From Candidatus Bathyarchaeota archaeon (GTDB lineage: Archaea; Thermoproteota; Bathyarchaeia; Bathyarchaeales; Bathycorpusculaceae): a stretch of 64,000 nucleotides of DNA. The notes under the pieces are model-generated. The model did not search any database and was not told the DNA's origin. It saw only the letters and a program-made list of their open reading frames with translations. This document shows positions 1 through 10,667 of this stretch, piece after piece. The position numbers and the translations under genes are program-made. Numbering within the stretch: the first letter of the stretch is position 1; each line of letters opens with the position of its first letter. The stretch lies in the NCBI GenBank assembly GCA_963733095.1, contig CAVTBV010000012.1, positions 32,001-96,000 on the forward strand, in the 5' to 3' direction.

Positions 1-1002
1 AGCAATAACAGTGTTCCTAAGATTTTTAATATTCCACAAAATTCCCGCTGTTCTCACTTTAATTAACATTAAGTCATCTTTACCCCAAGCAGCCCAGGAA
101 CAGTTTTTAAGAAGTGGAGTAAATTTCGATATTCTTTTTCCAAATGGGGGGACCAGCATATGCAGCTCAAGAATATTCTGGAAGAATAATATGTTAGACA
201 GAGCAAAAATCATATATCTTATTGGATAGTTTTTTAGAATGAATCGTATTTGGTTTCTGTACATATAATAGTAACTCATACGGCTTTGCTGTCCGATAGT
301 TGCGCTCCCCTTGTGCCAGAAAATGGCGGATGGCTCAAAAACAATTTTGTACCCAGACCGTTTAACACGTAAACAAAAATCAGTATCTTCATAATATATA
401 TAATAAAAGGGATCGAACAAACCGACTTTTTTAAAAACTTCGCGTCTTGTTGCGATAACCTCAGCAGTGTCCACCTCTTTTTGAACATCGTGCTCTTCGT
501 TACTCAAACAATTGTGACCTATTTGACGATTATTTCCAGTCAGAAAGTTTATTGAACCACCTGTAGAATCCAAAATCCTGTTACTACCGTACCTGAACCT
601 CTTTCCAACAACAATACCTATATCTGGCGAGGTTACAAGAACTCTTATCAAACGGTTTAGCCATTTTTTATCCACAATATCATCATTATTCAGTTCAACG
701 ATAATGATTTCACCTTTAGCCGCAAAAATACCGCAGTTTATCGCTTCGCCAACACCCATCTTGCCTTTCTTGATCAGCCGCACTTTAGGAAAATCACGCT
801 CGATAATCGCAACAGAATTGTCGCTTGAACCAGCATCAACAACTATAATTTCGTATAACGAGTAATCTAATTTCATGAGCGCTGAAAGACATTCATTCAG
901 GAATTTTTCTCCATTGTAGTTAGAAATAATTATTGACGCCATTGGATTTGAGTTCAGTGATGGTTTTTGAATTAATTCTTTAGGAAAACCATTTTTCGGC
1001 AT
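1..1002 (-). CDS. Glycosyltransferase family 2 (3' end runs off window)
   Basis: Not in ORF track. My translation from ATG at 1002: MPKNG...MASIIISNYNGEKFLNECL...EIIVVDAGSSD...LNNDDIV...FDPFYYIYYEDTDFCLR...FWHKGS; open to position 1. Confidence 0.9.
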   Translation of the reverse strand, partial: MPKNGFPKELIQKPSLNSNPMASIIISNYNGEKFLNECLSALMKLDYSLYEIIVVDAGSSDNSVAIIERDFPKVRLIKKGKMGVGEAINCGIFAAKGEIIIVELNNDDIVDKKWLNRLIRVLVTSPDIGIVVGKRFRYGSNRILDSTGGSINFLTGNNRQIGHNCLSNEEHDVQKEVDTAEVIATRREVFKKVGLFDPFYYIYYEDTDFCLRVKRSGYKIVFEPSAIFWHKGSATIGQQSRMSYYYMYRNQIRFILKNYPIRYMIFALSNILFFQNILELHMLVPPFGKRISKFTPLLKNCSWAAWGKDDLMLIKVRTAGILWNIKNLRNTVIA

Positions 1003-1203
1003 GTTAGTGTCTCGAGCTCATTTAGTCATTATACGGTATGGACCATTCTTTTAAGTATAACGGGCACTTTCTTTTCAAGTGCAGGTAATGGCTAATTTAT
1101 GGATAAATGGCATTCTAGGAGTATTAAAGCCGACAAAAACGTCTTTAAAACGGAAAATTTTTAAGGAAAGTGACGCGGTGAAGAATAATGATAGCCCGGA
1201 TTT

Positions 1204-1764
1204 TTATTGGAATAAGCCTTTGTGTTTTGTGTCCAAAGTATATTTTACAACAGGTCTATTTTTTATGAATCTGGCAGGTATTCCGCCAACCATCGTCCAG
1301 GAAGGAACATCTTTAGTCACTACTGCACCCGAAGCTACTACAGCTCCTTCCCCGATACTTACTCCAGGCAAAATTGTCACTCTGTCGCCAACATAGACCC
1401 AATCTTCAATGTTAACCATGCCACCTTTAGGCGCGAAGGTTGGACTTGTAATATCATGTTCAAGTGTGAAAATCCTTACTTCTTGTGCGATGTCTACGTT
1501 GTTTCCTATTTTTATTAGTTTTCGCCCGTCTAAAAAGGCATTATTGCCTACTATCGAATTATTCCCAATAGTAATGCCCCAAGGATTAAAAAACCTGCAT
1601 CCGCAATATATTATTGAAGTTTTAGACATTTTAATCTTGTAAAAATGTCTGTAGCAAGCATGTCTGATAGTGTGTATGCCTATAAGTCCCGTCCAATTTG
1701 CAAATAATATTGCAAGCCAATAAGCGAGATTACGAGTACGCTTAAATTTCGGGGGGATAAACAT
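1204..1764 (-). CDS. Hexapeptide-repeat (LbH) O-acetyltransferase
   Basis: [36 protein letters not shown]...GGIPAR motif. Confidence 0.9.
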   Translation of the reverse strand: MFIPPKFKRTRNLAYWLAILFANWTGLIGIHTIRHACYRHFYKIKMSKTSIIYCGCRFFNPWGITIGNNSIVGNNAFLDGRKLIKIGNNVDIAQEVRIFTLEHDITSPTFAPKGGMVNIEDWVYVGDRVTILPGVSIGEGAVVASGAVVTKDVPSWTMVGGIPARFIKNRPVVKYTLDTKHKGLFQ

Positions 1765-1922
1765 TTAATTCGCTAAACTGTATCCAATTAAATCAAGATA
1801 AACTTATTGCAGTTTTTTTTAAAAGCATTTGGGTTTTTTGTATTAAACTGATGATGAATATCAAGCGCGTATGGCTAGCACATGGCACAGCAATAGCTAA
1901 TTGCAGGCTTCCGTGGACACAA

Positions 1923-3107
1923 CTACTGAGCTTTGCTTTTTTTAGCAAACCTGTTGTATAATAAAAGATACTCTCGACTCATTTCGGATAAAGAACAACT
2001 GAAAGTCAGCTTGGCTCTTTCTGAGCAATTCTTTCTTAAGTCGAGGTTTTTAACGAGCTTTTTTATAAGCTCAGGATATTCAGACAGATAATCGTTGACT
2101 ATCAAAGCTTCTGATTTACTGGAATCTGTAGTCAAACCTCTAGCTCCAATGGAGGTCGCAAGTACTGGTAAACCCGCGGATAGGAACTCTATAGTCTTTA
2201 CACTCATACCTGCCCCGCTTAGCAAAGGTACTATTGCCAAGGCTGCCTTGTTATACAGGTTTAGCAATTCTTTCTCAGAAAGAAATCCAGTGAGTATTAC
2301 ATTGTTAGGCTTTTTAAAATGTTTTATTGAATCGCCTACATTTCCAACAATAAAAAAATCTGCCTCGGGAACTTTAGGCGCAATTTTGTTGATTATTAAT
2401 TCCGCTGATGTAATATTTGGCGGATGACCAGAACCCACGAAAATAACAATAGGTCTAACGGTTGAGAATGTTGGGTTTATAGAAACTTTAGCGATTCCAT
2501 GAGGAACTACCCTTATTTTTCCTTGCGGAATTCCCATAGTAACCAATTCTTCGAAGTCTTGCTGGGTAAAGCAAACTAGAGCATCAGAAGCGTTGTAAGC
2601 TGCAATTTCTGCTTTGCGGACCTTCCGAATTAAATATCTGGAAAGTAGATCTTTTGGCTTTAGATAATTTAATAAAAAATCTGAATTTATGTCGTGAAAA
2701 GTGAGGATGAACGGCAGATTCCTTCTTTTTGATACGTAGTAGGGAATGCGATAAAGCCATGCAAACTCGCATTGAATTATATCGCAATTTTTAGAGATAA
2801 TTTCAAGTTTCTTTTCCAGATTTTTTTCAAAATATGTTATCATAAATAAATAATGGAAAAGTCGACCAATTCGCGATGGCAAAACTTTTCGTAAAAAAAA
2901 TGCAATTACCACATAAGCAATAGATAATCTTATTTCATAAATCGGAATACCTTCGTACTTTGCAACACGCGAAGATCTAAAAACAGGTACAACAAATTTA
3001 ACTTCAACTCCTTCTGACTTTAAAGATTTTGCTAACGTCCACATGCGTACTAATCCGCCGGCGGTTGGAGGGTAGGGTTTGAATTTGCTGAATATTAAAA
3101 CATTCAT
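1923..3107 (-). CDS. Glycosyltransferase family 4
   Basis: YPPTAGG N-terminus, VVPHGI, FVGSGHPPN, GMSVKTIEFLSAGLPVLAT. Confidence 0.9.
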   Translation of the reverse strand: MNVLIFSKFKPYPPTAGGLVRMWTLAKSLKSEGVEVKFVVPVFRSSRVAKYEGIPIYEIRLSIAYVVIAFFLRKVLPSRIGRLFHYLFMITYFEKNLEKKLEIISKNCDIIQCEFAWLYRIPYYVSKRRNLPFILTFHDINSDFLLNYLKPKDLLSRYLIRKVRKAEIAAYNASDALVCFTQQDFEELVTMGIPQGKIRVVPHGIAKVSINPTFSTVRPIVIFVGSGHPPNITSAELIINKIAPKVPEADFFIVGNVGDSIKHFKKPNNVILTGFLSEKELLNLYNKAALAIVPLLSGAGMSVKTIEFLSAGLPVLATSIGARGLTTDSSKSEALIVNDYLSEYPELIKKLVKNLDLRKNCSERAKLTFSCSLSEMSREYLLLYNRFAKKSKAQ

Positions 3108-3190
3108 AGAATTTCCTTTTTCATTTGCATGCTCGGCATCTTTGTACCTGAAGTTATGAGGTTAATCTGATCATTTTAATAGTTTTGGCT

Positions 3191-6109
3191 CTATGGTTGC
3201 AGATATCTCTGCAAATATTGACTGTCGAGTTTTTCCGCTAAAGTGATATTTACAGGCAAGATAAATGCCGTGGACATACCATACGCAGGGTACGCCTGTA
3301 ATGTGAAATTTGCGAACGTAGTTGTCTTGTAAGGAAAAGAAAACAGAATAGGATCGACAAAAACTGTATAAGTATTAGGAGAGAAATTTTCAGGTGATTT
3401 GCGAAGGAGAATTGTGGTGCCATTCAAGGATGAGATAGAAGTTACGTTTAAAGAAAATTGATTTTGGAAATCAGCCGAACCAATTTCAAAAACCCCGGTG
3501 CCATTTCCTGTCCATTGAGTAACGGTTTGTCCATTGTTTGATTGAAAGGTTAGCCCTAGAAAACCTGTGTCTTGTTTTTGGAGGTATATTGAGTAATTAC
3601 CTGAGGAAATCAACGAAAAGTTAAGCAAAGAATTCCCACATTGATTGAGATTCAAGGCGTAAAACTGAGGAGCATCACTTAAAAGTTGGCTAGCTTCACT
3701 TAATGCTTCGCTTAGTGATCGCTGATCAACGATTTCTATCAAGTTAACGGCTGCCAGCCCGCCTCCTGAGATTATTGAAAGGTTATTTGACCCTTGACTC
3801 AGGGTTACAGGCACAGCATTCCAGACAAATCCGTTTGCACCTGTTGGGCAGTCATTCAGTTCATGTGATTGTCCGTTTATTGAAAGGTTCAAACCTTTCG
3901 AATCTGGGCCAACGTAATATCTTATGAGTATATTGTACTGACCATCTTGGGACATTTTAAATGGAATAACTAAACTGGATGGGTTGGTGCTGTTCGTATA
4001 CGCAATGCCATCGTTTAATTGATAAGTATACTGCCACTCATATGAAGGATCAGCATTAATCCAATCATTCCAAGGAATGCTTGTCAAACCAATATTAGTT
4101 ACAGAATTGATCGTCCAATCTTGCTGCGGACCCTTAGTTTGGCTGGCGTATTGGGAGGGAACAATTCTTAAATCATCAGTCATAAGTGGGACAACTAAGT
4201 CATAGATGTTTGACGTTTGTGAAAAAAGATAAGCCCCATTAGTAGTATGCAGATTTGGTAGAGGTTCTCTATCCAGATAAAAAACAGGGTTTGTATAATT
4301 GTATTTAACGACGTTTAGGTATGGTAACATTTGCTCGTAAGTGTTGAGGCCTCCAGCGACGTAGATTATATTGTTACTCGCCCAGCTTACTATATAGTAA
4401 TTGTTACGAAAAAGATAGGAATCACCAGAGCGATAAGCTAAAGTAAACGCTGAGGAGGTAAACATATTAGAGCCGTTTATACTGCTCTGGGAACTAATTG
4501 CAACGTACTCAACACCTATTTCCGAAAGAAACACTGCAGCATCCTCGATTTCACCTTTTTCAATTAATGAATTGGATATGCCCACTACATAATCCAAATA
4601 CCATGTTGACGATGGCCCATCGTCCCCAAAAGTATACGTTATAAGGTTATTACCCCCATAGAGAAGGAATTGAAATAGAGGGGGATGAGGAATCCATATT
4701 ACACAACCTGTTGGGTGAACCCCCAAAATATAGTTGGTAACTGCTAAATCTGAACTAGCAACAGTTGCATAACTGCTAATGTCTGTTCCTCCATATCCAG
4801 TATAAAGGTTGTAAGAACTGAAGCCAAGCGTAGCGATCATGAGAAATAGGAGAATTGTTGAAAGAACTTTTATTCGGAATGTGGAAACAAATTTTATTCT
4901 AAACCGAAGCTCAAACACTTTGTTTAAGACTGAATAGATAGTGAATGAAATCAAAATGGAATATAAAAACGGCAATATTTGTTCAGGAACCCTAAATTCA
5001 CCTAGTAAATTTATTGCTATCGTGCTTAACGGTCCAGGCAACTTTGAACCTAAAACAACTAATAGAGGCTGCCCCTGCAAATTCGGAAAGCTAATAGTAT
5101 ATAAACCAATAACCGTTGTAGCGATCATTGTCAAAATAAGACTTAGCTTTCTGCGGAGCAAATTTTCTCGCAAAAATAACAAATATCCGAACGATAAAAT
5201 TGGGATAAAAAGTTGAAGTGCAAAAGAAATTGAAGGTTTATTATGCACAGATTCACTTAGCCAAGGATCAGGTTGCGAAACGAATAAGTTGGCAACTGTA
5301 TTTCCGCTATTCAAAAAGAATTTTCGCCCAATTTGAGGTAAAGACCAAACTTCAGGGTTTGTGACGTTACTGCTCATATAACTACTGATTACAGGAAAAC
5401 CTAAAATTAACATGAAAACAACTGCAAATAATACGTACAAGAATGGCATCAACTTTTGCTTCTTCTCAAAACGGATAACAAGATAATTAACTAGAAGCGG
5501 GAGAAGATACGTTATTATAGCCAAAGGGTATAGAGCAACTACTAAAACCCAAATGAAAGATGAAAACAATAGAAACAGTAATTTCTGTTTTAACGATCTA
5601 TCATAACCAATAAGAATCAACAATCCAAACAAAGGCAACAGGGAATATACTATTGCCATTCCAGCCCAAGCATCGAAAGAGGCTATACCAAAGAAGTATA
5701 TGATTGATCCCGCTAAGCTGGCCAAAACTATAGCAAGGGTATCTTTTCTCAGGTTTCTTGGAAAACCCCTAAGAATAATGGATCTAAGGTAAAAATAAGA
5801 AGAGAGGATAGAAATGAAGCCTATCATCAATTTCGGTAAAACATCGATTGAATGTACATTTAATTTTAGGACTGAAATTGCAAACCAAAAAATCCAATAG
5901 ACATTAAATGGATAAGCAACCCCCGCTTGCGGACTTTGCGCTATTGTAGGTCCCGAATTAATATATTCCCAAAAAGGTAGACCTGGCTGAGAGAAGGTAA
6001 TAAAATGCAGAATTTGCCAATAAGCTATCAGGGGCAGTAGTATCGCAACAACGCAAGGCAATATAAATTCGATTCTTGCTTTTGATTTTATGATGCTGAA
6101 ATCAACCAT
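3191..6109 (-). CDS. Large polytopic membrane protein with extracellular beta-rich C-terminal domains (possible GT-C-fold glycosyltransferase)
   Basis: About 12 hydrophobic segments in the N-terminal ~430 aa, then an S/T/N-rich region with many N-x-S/T sequons; lies inside the glycosyltransferase cluster. Confidence 0.6.
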   Translation of the reverse strand: MVDFSIIKSKARIEFILPCVVAILLPLIAYWQILHFITFSQPGLPFWEYINSGPTIAQSPQAGVAYPFNVYWIFWFAISVLKLNVHSIDVLPKLMIGFISILSSYFYLRSIILRGFPRNLRKDTLAIVLASLAGSIIYFFGIASFDAWAGMAIVYSLLPLFGLLILIGYDRSLKQKLLFLLFSSFIWVLVVALYPLAIITYLLPLLVNYLVIRFEKKQKLMPFLYVLFAVVFMLILGFPVISSYMSSNVTNPEVWSLPQIGRKFFLNSGNTVANLFVSQPDPWLSESVHNKPSISFALQLFIPILSFGYLLFLRENLLRRKLSLILTMIATTVIGLYTISFPNLQGQPLLVVLGSKLPGPLSTIAINLLGEFRVPEQILPFLYSILISFTIYSVLNKVFELRFRIKFVSTFRIKVLSTILLFLMIATLGFSSYNLYTGYGGTDISSYATVASSDLAVTNYILGVHPTGCVIWIPHPPLFQFLLYGGNNLITYTFGDDGPSSTWYLDYVVGISNSLIEKGEIEDAAVFLSEIGVEYVAISSQSSINGSNMFTSSAFTLAYRSGDSYLFRNNYYIVSWASNNIIYVAGGLNTYEQMLPYLNVVKYNYTNPVFYLDREPLPNLHTTNGAYLFSQTSNIYDLVVPLMTDDLRIVPSQYASQTKGPQQDWTINSVTNIGLTSIPWNDWINADPSYEWQYTYQLNDGIAYTNSTNPSSLVIPFKMSQDGQYNILIRYYVGPDSKGLNLSINGQSHELNDCPTGANGFVWNAVPVTLSQGSNNLSIISGGGLAAVNLIEIVDQRSLSEALSEASQLLSDAPQFYALNLNQCGNSLLNFSLISSGNYSIYLQKQDTGFLGLTFQSNNGQTVTQWTGNGTGVFEIGSADFQNQFSLNVTSISSLNGTTILLRKSPENFSPNTYTVFVDPILFSFPYKTTTFANFTLQAYPAYGMSTAFILPVNITLAEKLDSQYLQRYLQP

Positions 6110-6119
6110 GCTTAAATCA

Positions 6120-7283
6120 TCAATTAATTAATTGAATATATTTTTGGGCAACTTGTTCGCAATCGAGTCTCTCAACGGCAAACTTTCTGGCGCGACTACT
6201 CATCATCAGTAGAAGATCAGGATCCTTGACAAGCACATTTACTCTATCTACTAGATCATCATGGGATTTAACAAAAAAGCCAGTTTCATTTTCTAGGACA
6301 TAGTCAACCGCTCCTAAAGTATCCGTAATTACGGGTTTTCCTAATGCCAAAAATTCGGCAATCTTGCTGATATTATGTGGCGAATACCAGATTTGGTTAA
6401 TTTGAGGTGGCGTTAAAACCACTGCAAAGCTACAAGTGCTTGCGTAGTAAGGAATCATCTCGTAAGGAACATTTCCGGCGAAATAGACGAATTTATCAAA
6501 ACCATTTTTAGAAACTAGATTTTGTGCGGCTGGAAAAGATCCTAAAATAACAAAGGCTACATTTAGCAACTTAACTTTATTAATGAGCCTACAAAAGTCG
6601 TCAAAAAACCATTTATCCCCCTTTACTCCTAATAAGATCAATGTTTTACCTCTAAATCTTTCAGGAATAAGCTTTGCGGATATTTTGGGGTTTAACAAAT
6701 TTGGGTTGAAACAACCATACAGGTCAACTGGGTGATAAATTAAATGCGTTTTTCTTCCAATAGTATGCTCAAGAAACTTTTTCATTGGGGTAGTAGGAAC
6801 TGTTATAACATCGGGTAACCTGGATGTAATAAGACTCAGAGAATCTTCGAATAGTTGCGAGAAAAAACGGAAAGAAGAAAATGCATTTCCAGATCGTTGA
6901 AAAGTCTTGCTTTTGTCGAAAGTGCTTGTCCACAAGCCTGCGAAGTCAAAAGCTACATTAGCATCATTGATGAATAGTCCATTAACTGCTTTTAACATCG
7001 TATTTGGCAGCTCAACAATCACAAAATCAGGATTATCGCGGATTGTCTGAAGATTTCTGAAGATTTTAAAAAAATCGTTAAAATAGTCTTTTATAAGAGA
7101 GCTAGACGACATTTGCCGAGAACCCCTCTCAACAAATAATATAGACATTTTGTCGGATGCACCCTGAGGACTTATGTACGTCACTTCATGACCTAAACGG
7201 TCCAAACCTATTGAGAGATTTTGAATTCTGTGTTGTCCGCCAGGTCCACTGGAGAAATGATCATTAATTATTCCGATTTTCAT
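6120..7283 (-). CDS. Glycosyltransferase family 4
   Basis: GGQHRIQNL...LGHEV, GNVPYE, SKIAEFLALGKPVITD, ENETGFFV. Confidence 0.88.
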   Translation of the reverse strand: MKIGIINDHFSSGPGGQHRIQNLSIGLDRLGHEVTYISPQGASDKMSILFVERGSRQMSSSSLIKDYFNDFFKIFRNLQTIRDNPDFVIVELPNTMLKAVNGLFINDANVAFDFAGLWTSTFDKSKTFQRSGNAFSSFRFFSQLFEDSLSLITSRLPDVITVPTTPMKKFLEHTIGRKTHLIYHPVDLYGCFNPNLLNPKISAKLIPERFRGKTLILLGVKGDKWFFDDFCRLINKVKLLNVAFVILGSFPAAQNLVSKNGFDKFVYFAGNVPYEMIPYYASTCSFAVVLTPPQINQIWYSPHNISKIAEFLALGKPVITDTLGAVDYVLENETGFFVKSHDDLVDRVNVLVKDPDLLLMMSSRARKFAVERLDCEQVAQKYIQLIN

Positions 7284-8224
7284 TTAGCTATTTCTCGCGA
7301 CAGTGCTATACCGTGGACAATACCCTTAATGTAAGATTGAGAAGTTTGAATGCTCGACAGAAACTTACCTTTCAAAAACCAATGCTGCAAAATTAGGGTC
7401 GTATAGGTTAAGGAAAAAAAAGGTAGAAAAATTGTTTTAAAAATCGAGAATTCATAACTCCGGCTATATTTCTTATGGAATATTATTCTATTTCTTGCTA
7501 AATAATATGCTTTTAGATTTGTGTACCGACCCATGAAGAATAGTTCATTTGGAACGTCATGCCAAATTTTGGCTTTTGGGACGAGCATAACCTTCCACCC
7601 ATACTTCTTGATTCTTGCAATAAAATCGGATTCTTCATACATGAATGGAAAGTATTGCTCGTCAAACAAAACTCCTTGGGCTTTCACGGTTTCCTTCCTA
7701 ACCATAAAAGCATTAGGAAAATCGTCGGATTCAATAGCCATGCTGAATTTGTTTCCATCGGGCTTACCGTTACCGATTGTTATCGTCCTACTCGTTATCA
7801 GATTTCTTTTGATGCCAGCGCACCAGATTATCTGCGGTTGATTATAATAATACATAAGCGGTGCCACAACACCGACGTTCGCATGTTTAAGAAACATTTG
7901 AACAAGGTTTCCTATGCATTGGTTATCCATGGTGTTATCGTCGTCAATTATAAAAATAAAATCGCCGTGAGAGTTTTTTATTCCAATATTTCGGCATGCT
8001 GATACAAGTCGTTTCTTTTTATTACTGAAAATTGTTACGTCGGGAAATAAAGTGCTAATTTCCTTGAACGTGCCATCAATTGATGCGTCATCAACAACTA
8101 TTATTTCAATATTATGGAAGGTATTATCTTTAATTGATTGTATTAATCTTTTTAATTTGCTTTTTCTGTTATGAGTCGGAATGACCACTGAGACTAAGGG
8201 AGCCTTAGCTTCTAGGCAAGCCAT
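7280..8224 (-). CDS. Glycosyltransferase family 2
   Basis: VSVVIPTHNR, IIVVDDAS.DGT, FIIDDD, YEESDF; 4-nt overlap with the next gene. Confidence 0.92.
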   Translation of the reverse strand: MACLEAKAPLVSVVIPTHNRKSKLKRLIQSIKDNTFHNIEIIVVDDASIDGTFKEISTLFPDVTIFSNKKKRLVSACRNIGIKNSHGDFIFIIDDDNTMDNQCIGNLVQMFLKHANVGVVAPLMYYYNQPQIIWCAGIKRNLITSRTITIGNGKPDGNKFSMAIESDDFPNAFMVRKETVKAQGVLFDEQYFPFMYEESDFIARIKKYGWKVMLVPKAKIWHDVPNELFFMGRYTNLKAYYLARNRIIFHKKYSRSYEFSIFKTIFLPFFSLTYTTLILQHWFLKGKFLSSIQTSQSYIKGIVHGIALSREIAK

Positions 8225-8327
8225 CCGTATTCTTCCTTAATATTATGAAGCATGAGTATTTTGATTTTACATTCATAATAAACCTTTGTGAACTTTGATA
8301 TATTCATGTAAGTCTTGCCTTTTTGAC

Positions 8328-10637
8328 CTAGTAATGAGTATTGCGATTTTTGCTCTTTTTTTTGGTAATTATAATTGCGGTACCCGCAAGGATTATTCCT
8401 GAGGCTAGAATTAACACTAAGAGATAAATTGTTGCCTCATTCAATGGACTAGACGAGTGATTAGCGGAAGGCAATGTTGTTGGTCTGTCCGTAGCTCCGC
8501 TGGTAGGTATCGGTGTGGGTGTGGGCGCAGCTTCTATGGTTAGAGAGGCGTTGGCTTGAACTCCTGACACTGATGCAGTCACATTCCATGTACCGGGATA
8601 TTCACTTGTATAGACGTTCGAGTTCCACGAGCCGCCTGCATCAATGCTTATATCCCAATATGTTGACGCAGTAACCGCGCCTATAATATTGTTGTGGGCA
8701 TCCCATGCCAATGAGATGTACGTTAGTCTATCTCCGGCAGTTATTATTGCCTTGTTTGGCAGAATTGTTATGTGGTCTAAAGGAGCTGGATTCACCATCA
8801 CATTGAGACTTTTGCTTATATTTCCAACAGTAACTGTGACAAGTTGTAACCCTCCAGTTTTAAGAACGAGCTCGGAAAAAGCATGTTGACCGTTATCGCT
8901 ATCATTGAAAATGTAAGGGTTAGAAAATACATATGGCAAAACTGCCTTAGCATCAGAGCTTGCGAAGTATAATGTGCCTTTGTAAGCCTCTATGATATTA
9001 TTACTTGAATCGTAGGCTGTTACGATGGTGGAGTTAATAGGTGACCCGGCAGTGATTGAAGAGGGCATTCCAACAATGGTGAAGTAACTCAGTTGGCTAG
9101 CATCTGATTGAACGGAAATTACGTAGTTGTCATTGACGTTCGTAAATGTGTAGTTTCCAGTAACCGGAACAGAAGAGCCGTTTACTTGGACATTAGCCAC
9201 GGTATATCCTGGACTTGAAGAATATTCAAATAATTTGCTTTCTCCTTGATTCACAAATACTGTTCCGTTAGCTGCTATGGATGAATGCTTGTCTGCCGAA
9301 GCGTAAATTCTATATTGCAGAGGAAAATAATTAGGCATAGACAATTCAAGATTCCAATCGAGTTTTATGATTTGGCTTCCGCCTGAAGGCGCATAACAAT
9401 CCCCTATATAGAGCGCTCTATTATCTACGTCTATGCCGACCCATCGATCATTATAGCCTGAACTGTTGGTTGGTATAAACAGATCGGTCATTTCTCCTGA
9501 AGTTGCATTAAACACAAAAATTGAATGAGGCATACTGTTAAATCTAGCACATGGTTCCCAGAGAAACAAGTCATGGCTTAAAGCGTTAACTGAAGGATGA
9601 TCTTCACCCCAATTCCCATCGATCAATGAGTCATATTCTCTCCACACTCCTTGGCTGTTCATATACTCGATTCTGTACGTTGTGACCCCTGTATCTTCAT
9701 CAGACAAAAGCCCCACAGCTAGGTAATCTGAAGATGCTGTCAAGTGGGCAAAATATGCGTCAGGACCTATGTTTGTGCCAGTTTCTTCGAAAACTTGTGT
9801 CCAATCTTGAAGGTTTTTGCTTTCATAAAGTCTTGTATGGATTGTTCCGTTGGCGCCTCCGCAAGGATAAGTTGATAAAACGTATACTGTATCGTTGAAA
9901 GTCACTATTTGGCTTTCGCCTGATGAACTTATGTTAGCTACGGGTATTACGCGATACGCTGAAGTATTTGTAGATAGGGACGCCGGAACTGCCAATATAT
10001 TTACATTCCCGTCCATCGAATCTAGTCCAAAAAGCAGATTTTGGCTAACTTTGTCATATACTACACTAATAATGTAGTTTGCTATTGGTGGAGCAATAGT
10101 ATATATCGCCACAGTAGCCAACGTAGTTTCATTCATAATAACTATTTGCCCATTAGAAACATTCGTTAGCCCATCTTCTCCAGGAACGAAAACAAGACCA
10201 TCATAAACATAGGCAGGAAAGTATTCTGCCAATGTTGTTACATAGGGTAAGGTGGTCTGAGCAATGACTTCCTGCGTTGTAAGGTTGCACTTTAGCACGG
10301 CAGGCCATGGGTTTGATTGAACGATCCATAAATAGCCATCGTAAACTGAGGGGTATTCAAGCAAATCGGAGTTCTCCATTATTGTAGAGTATGATGAGTA
10401 ATAATAGCTCGACGCTATTTCTGTTGATCCTGTTTCTATATAATTGCTCGAAACTTTATCATGGTAATTCTCCAAATCCCCGTAAGTGACTGATCCTTTT
10501 GTTAACGGAAAAAAAATTACAAGTGAAATCAGGAAAACAACGAAAATTGTTAAGGCGGGGGTGAACTTTGATTTTCTCGTTGAAGCTATTCTCCATCGTT
10601 CAACGGATTTATTGCGGCTAACAGTAATAATATTCAA
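8328..10637 (-). CDS. Secreted, C-terminally anchored surface protein (beta-rich N-region, Ig-like/InlB-B-type repeats)
   Basis: N-terminal hydrophobic signal, PGYTVANVQVNG...YTFTNVNDNYVISV repeat-type motif, PTPTP linker, C-terminal TM followed by KKKSK. Confidence 0.75.
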   Translation of the reverse strand: MNIITVSRNKSVERWRIASTRKSKFTPALTIFVVFLISLVIFFPLTKGSVTYGDLENYHDKVSSNYIETGSTEIASSYYYSSYSTIMENSDLLEYPSVYDGYLWIVQSNPWPAVLKCNLTTQEVIAQTTLPYVTTLAEYFPAYVYDGLVFVPGEDGLTNVSNGQIVIMNETTLATVAIYTIAPPIANYIISVVYDKVSQNLLFGLDSMDGNVNILAVPASLSTNTSAYRVIPVANISSSGESQIVTFNDTVYVLSTYPCGGANGTIHTRLYESKNLQDWTQVFEETGTNIGPDAYFAHLTASSDYLAVGLLSDEDTGVTTYRIEYMNSQGVWREYDSLIDGNWGEDHPSVNALSHDLFLWEPCARFNSMPHSIFVFNATSGEMTDLFIPTNSSGYNDRWVGIDVDNRALYIGDCYAPSGGSQIIKLDWNLELSMPNYFPLQYRIYASADKHSSIAANGTVFVNQGESKLFEYSSSPGYTVANVQVNGSSVPVTGNYTFTNVNDNYVISVQSDASQLSYFTIVGMPSSITAGSPINSTIVTAYDSSNNIIEAYKGTLYFASSDAKAVLPYVFSNPYIFNDSDNGQHAFSELVLKTGGLQLVTVTVGNISKSLNVMVNPAPLDHITILPNKAIITAGDRLTYISLAWDAHNNIIGAVTASTYWDISIDAGGSWNSNVYTSEYPGTWNVTASVSGVQANASLTIEAAPTPTPIPTSGATDRPTTLPSANHSSSPLNEATIYLLVLILASGIILAGTAIIITKKKSKNRNTHY

Positions 10638-10667
10638 GTCACCACTTAATCTTTTATTGTATTCAAG

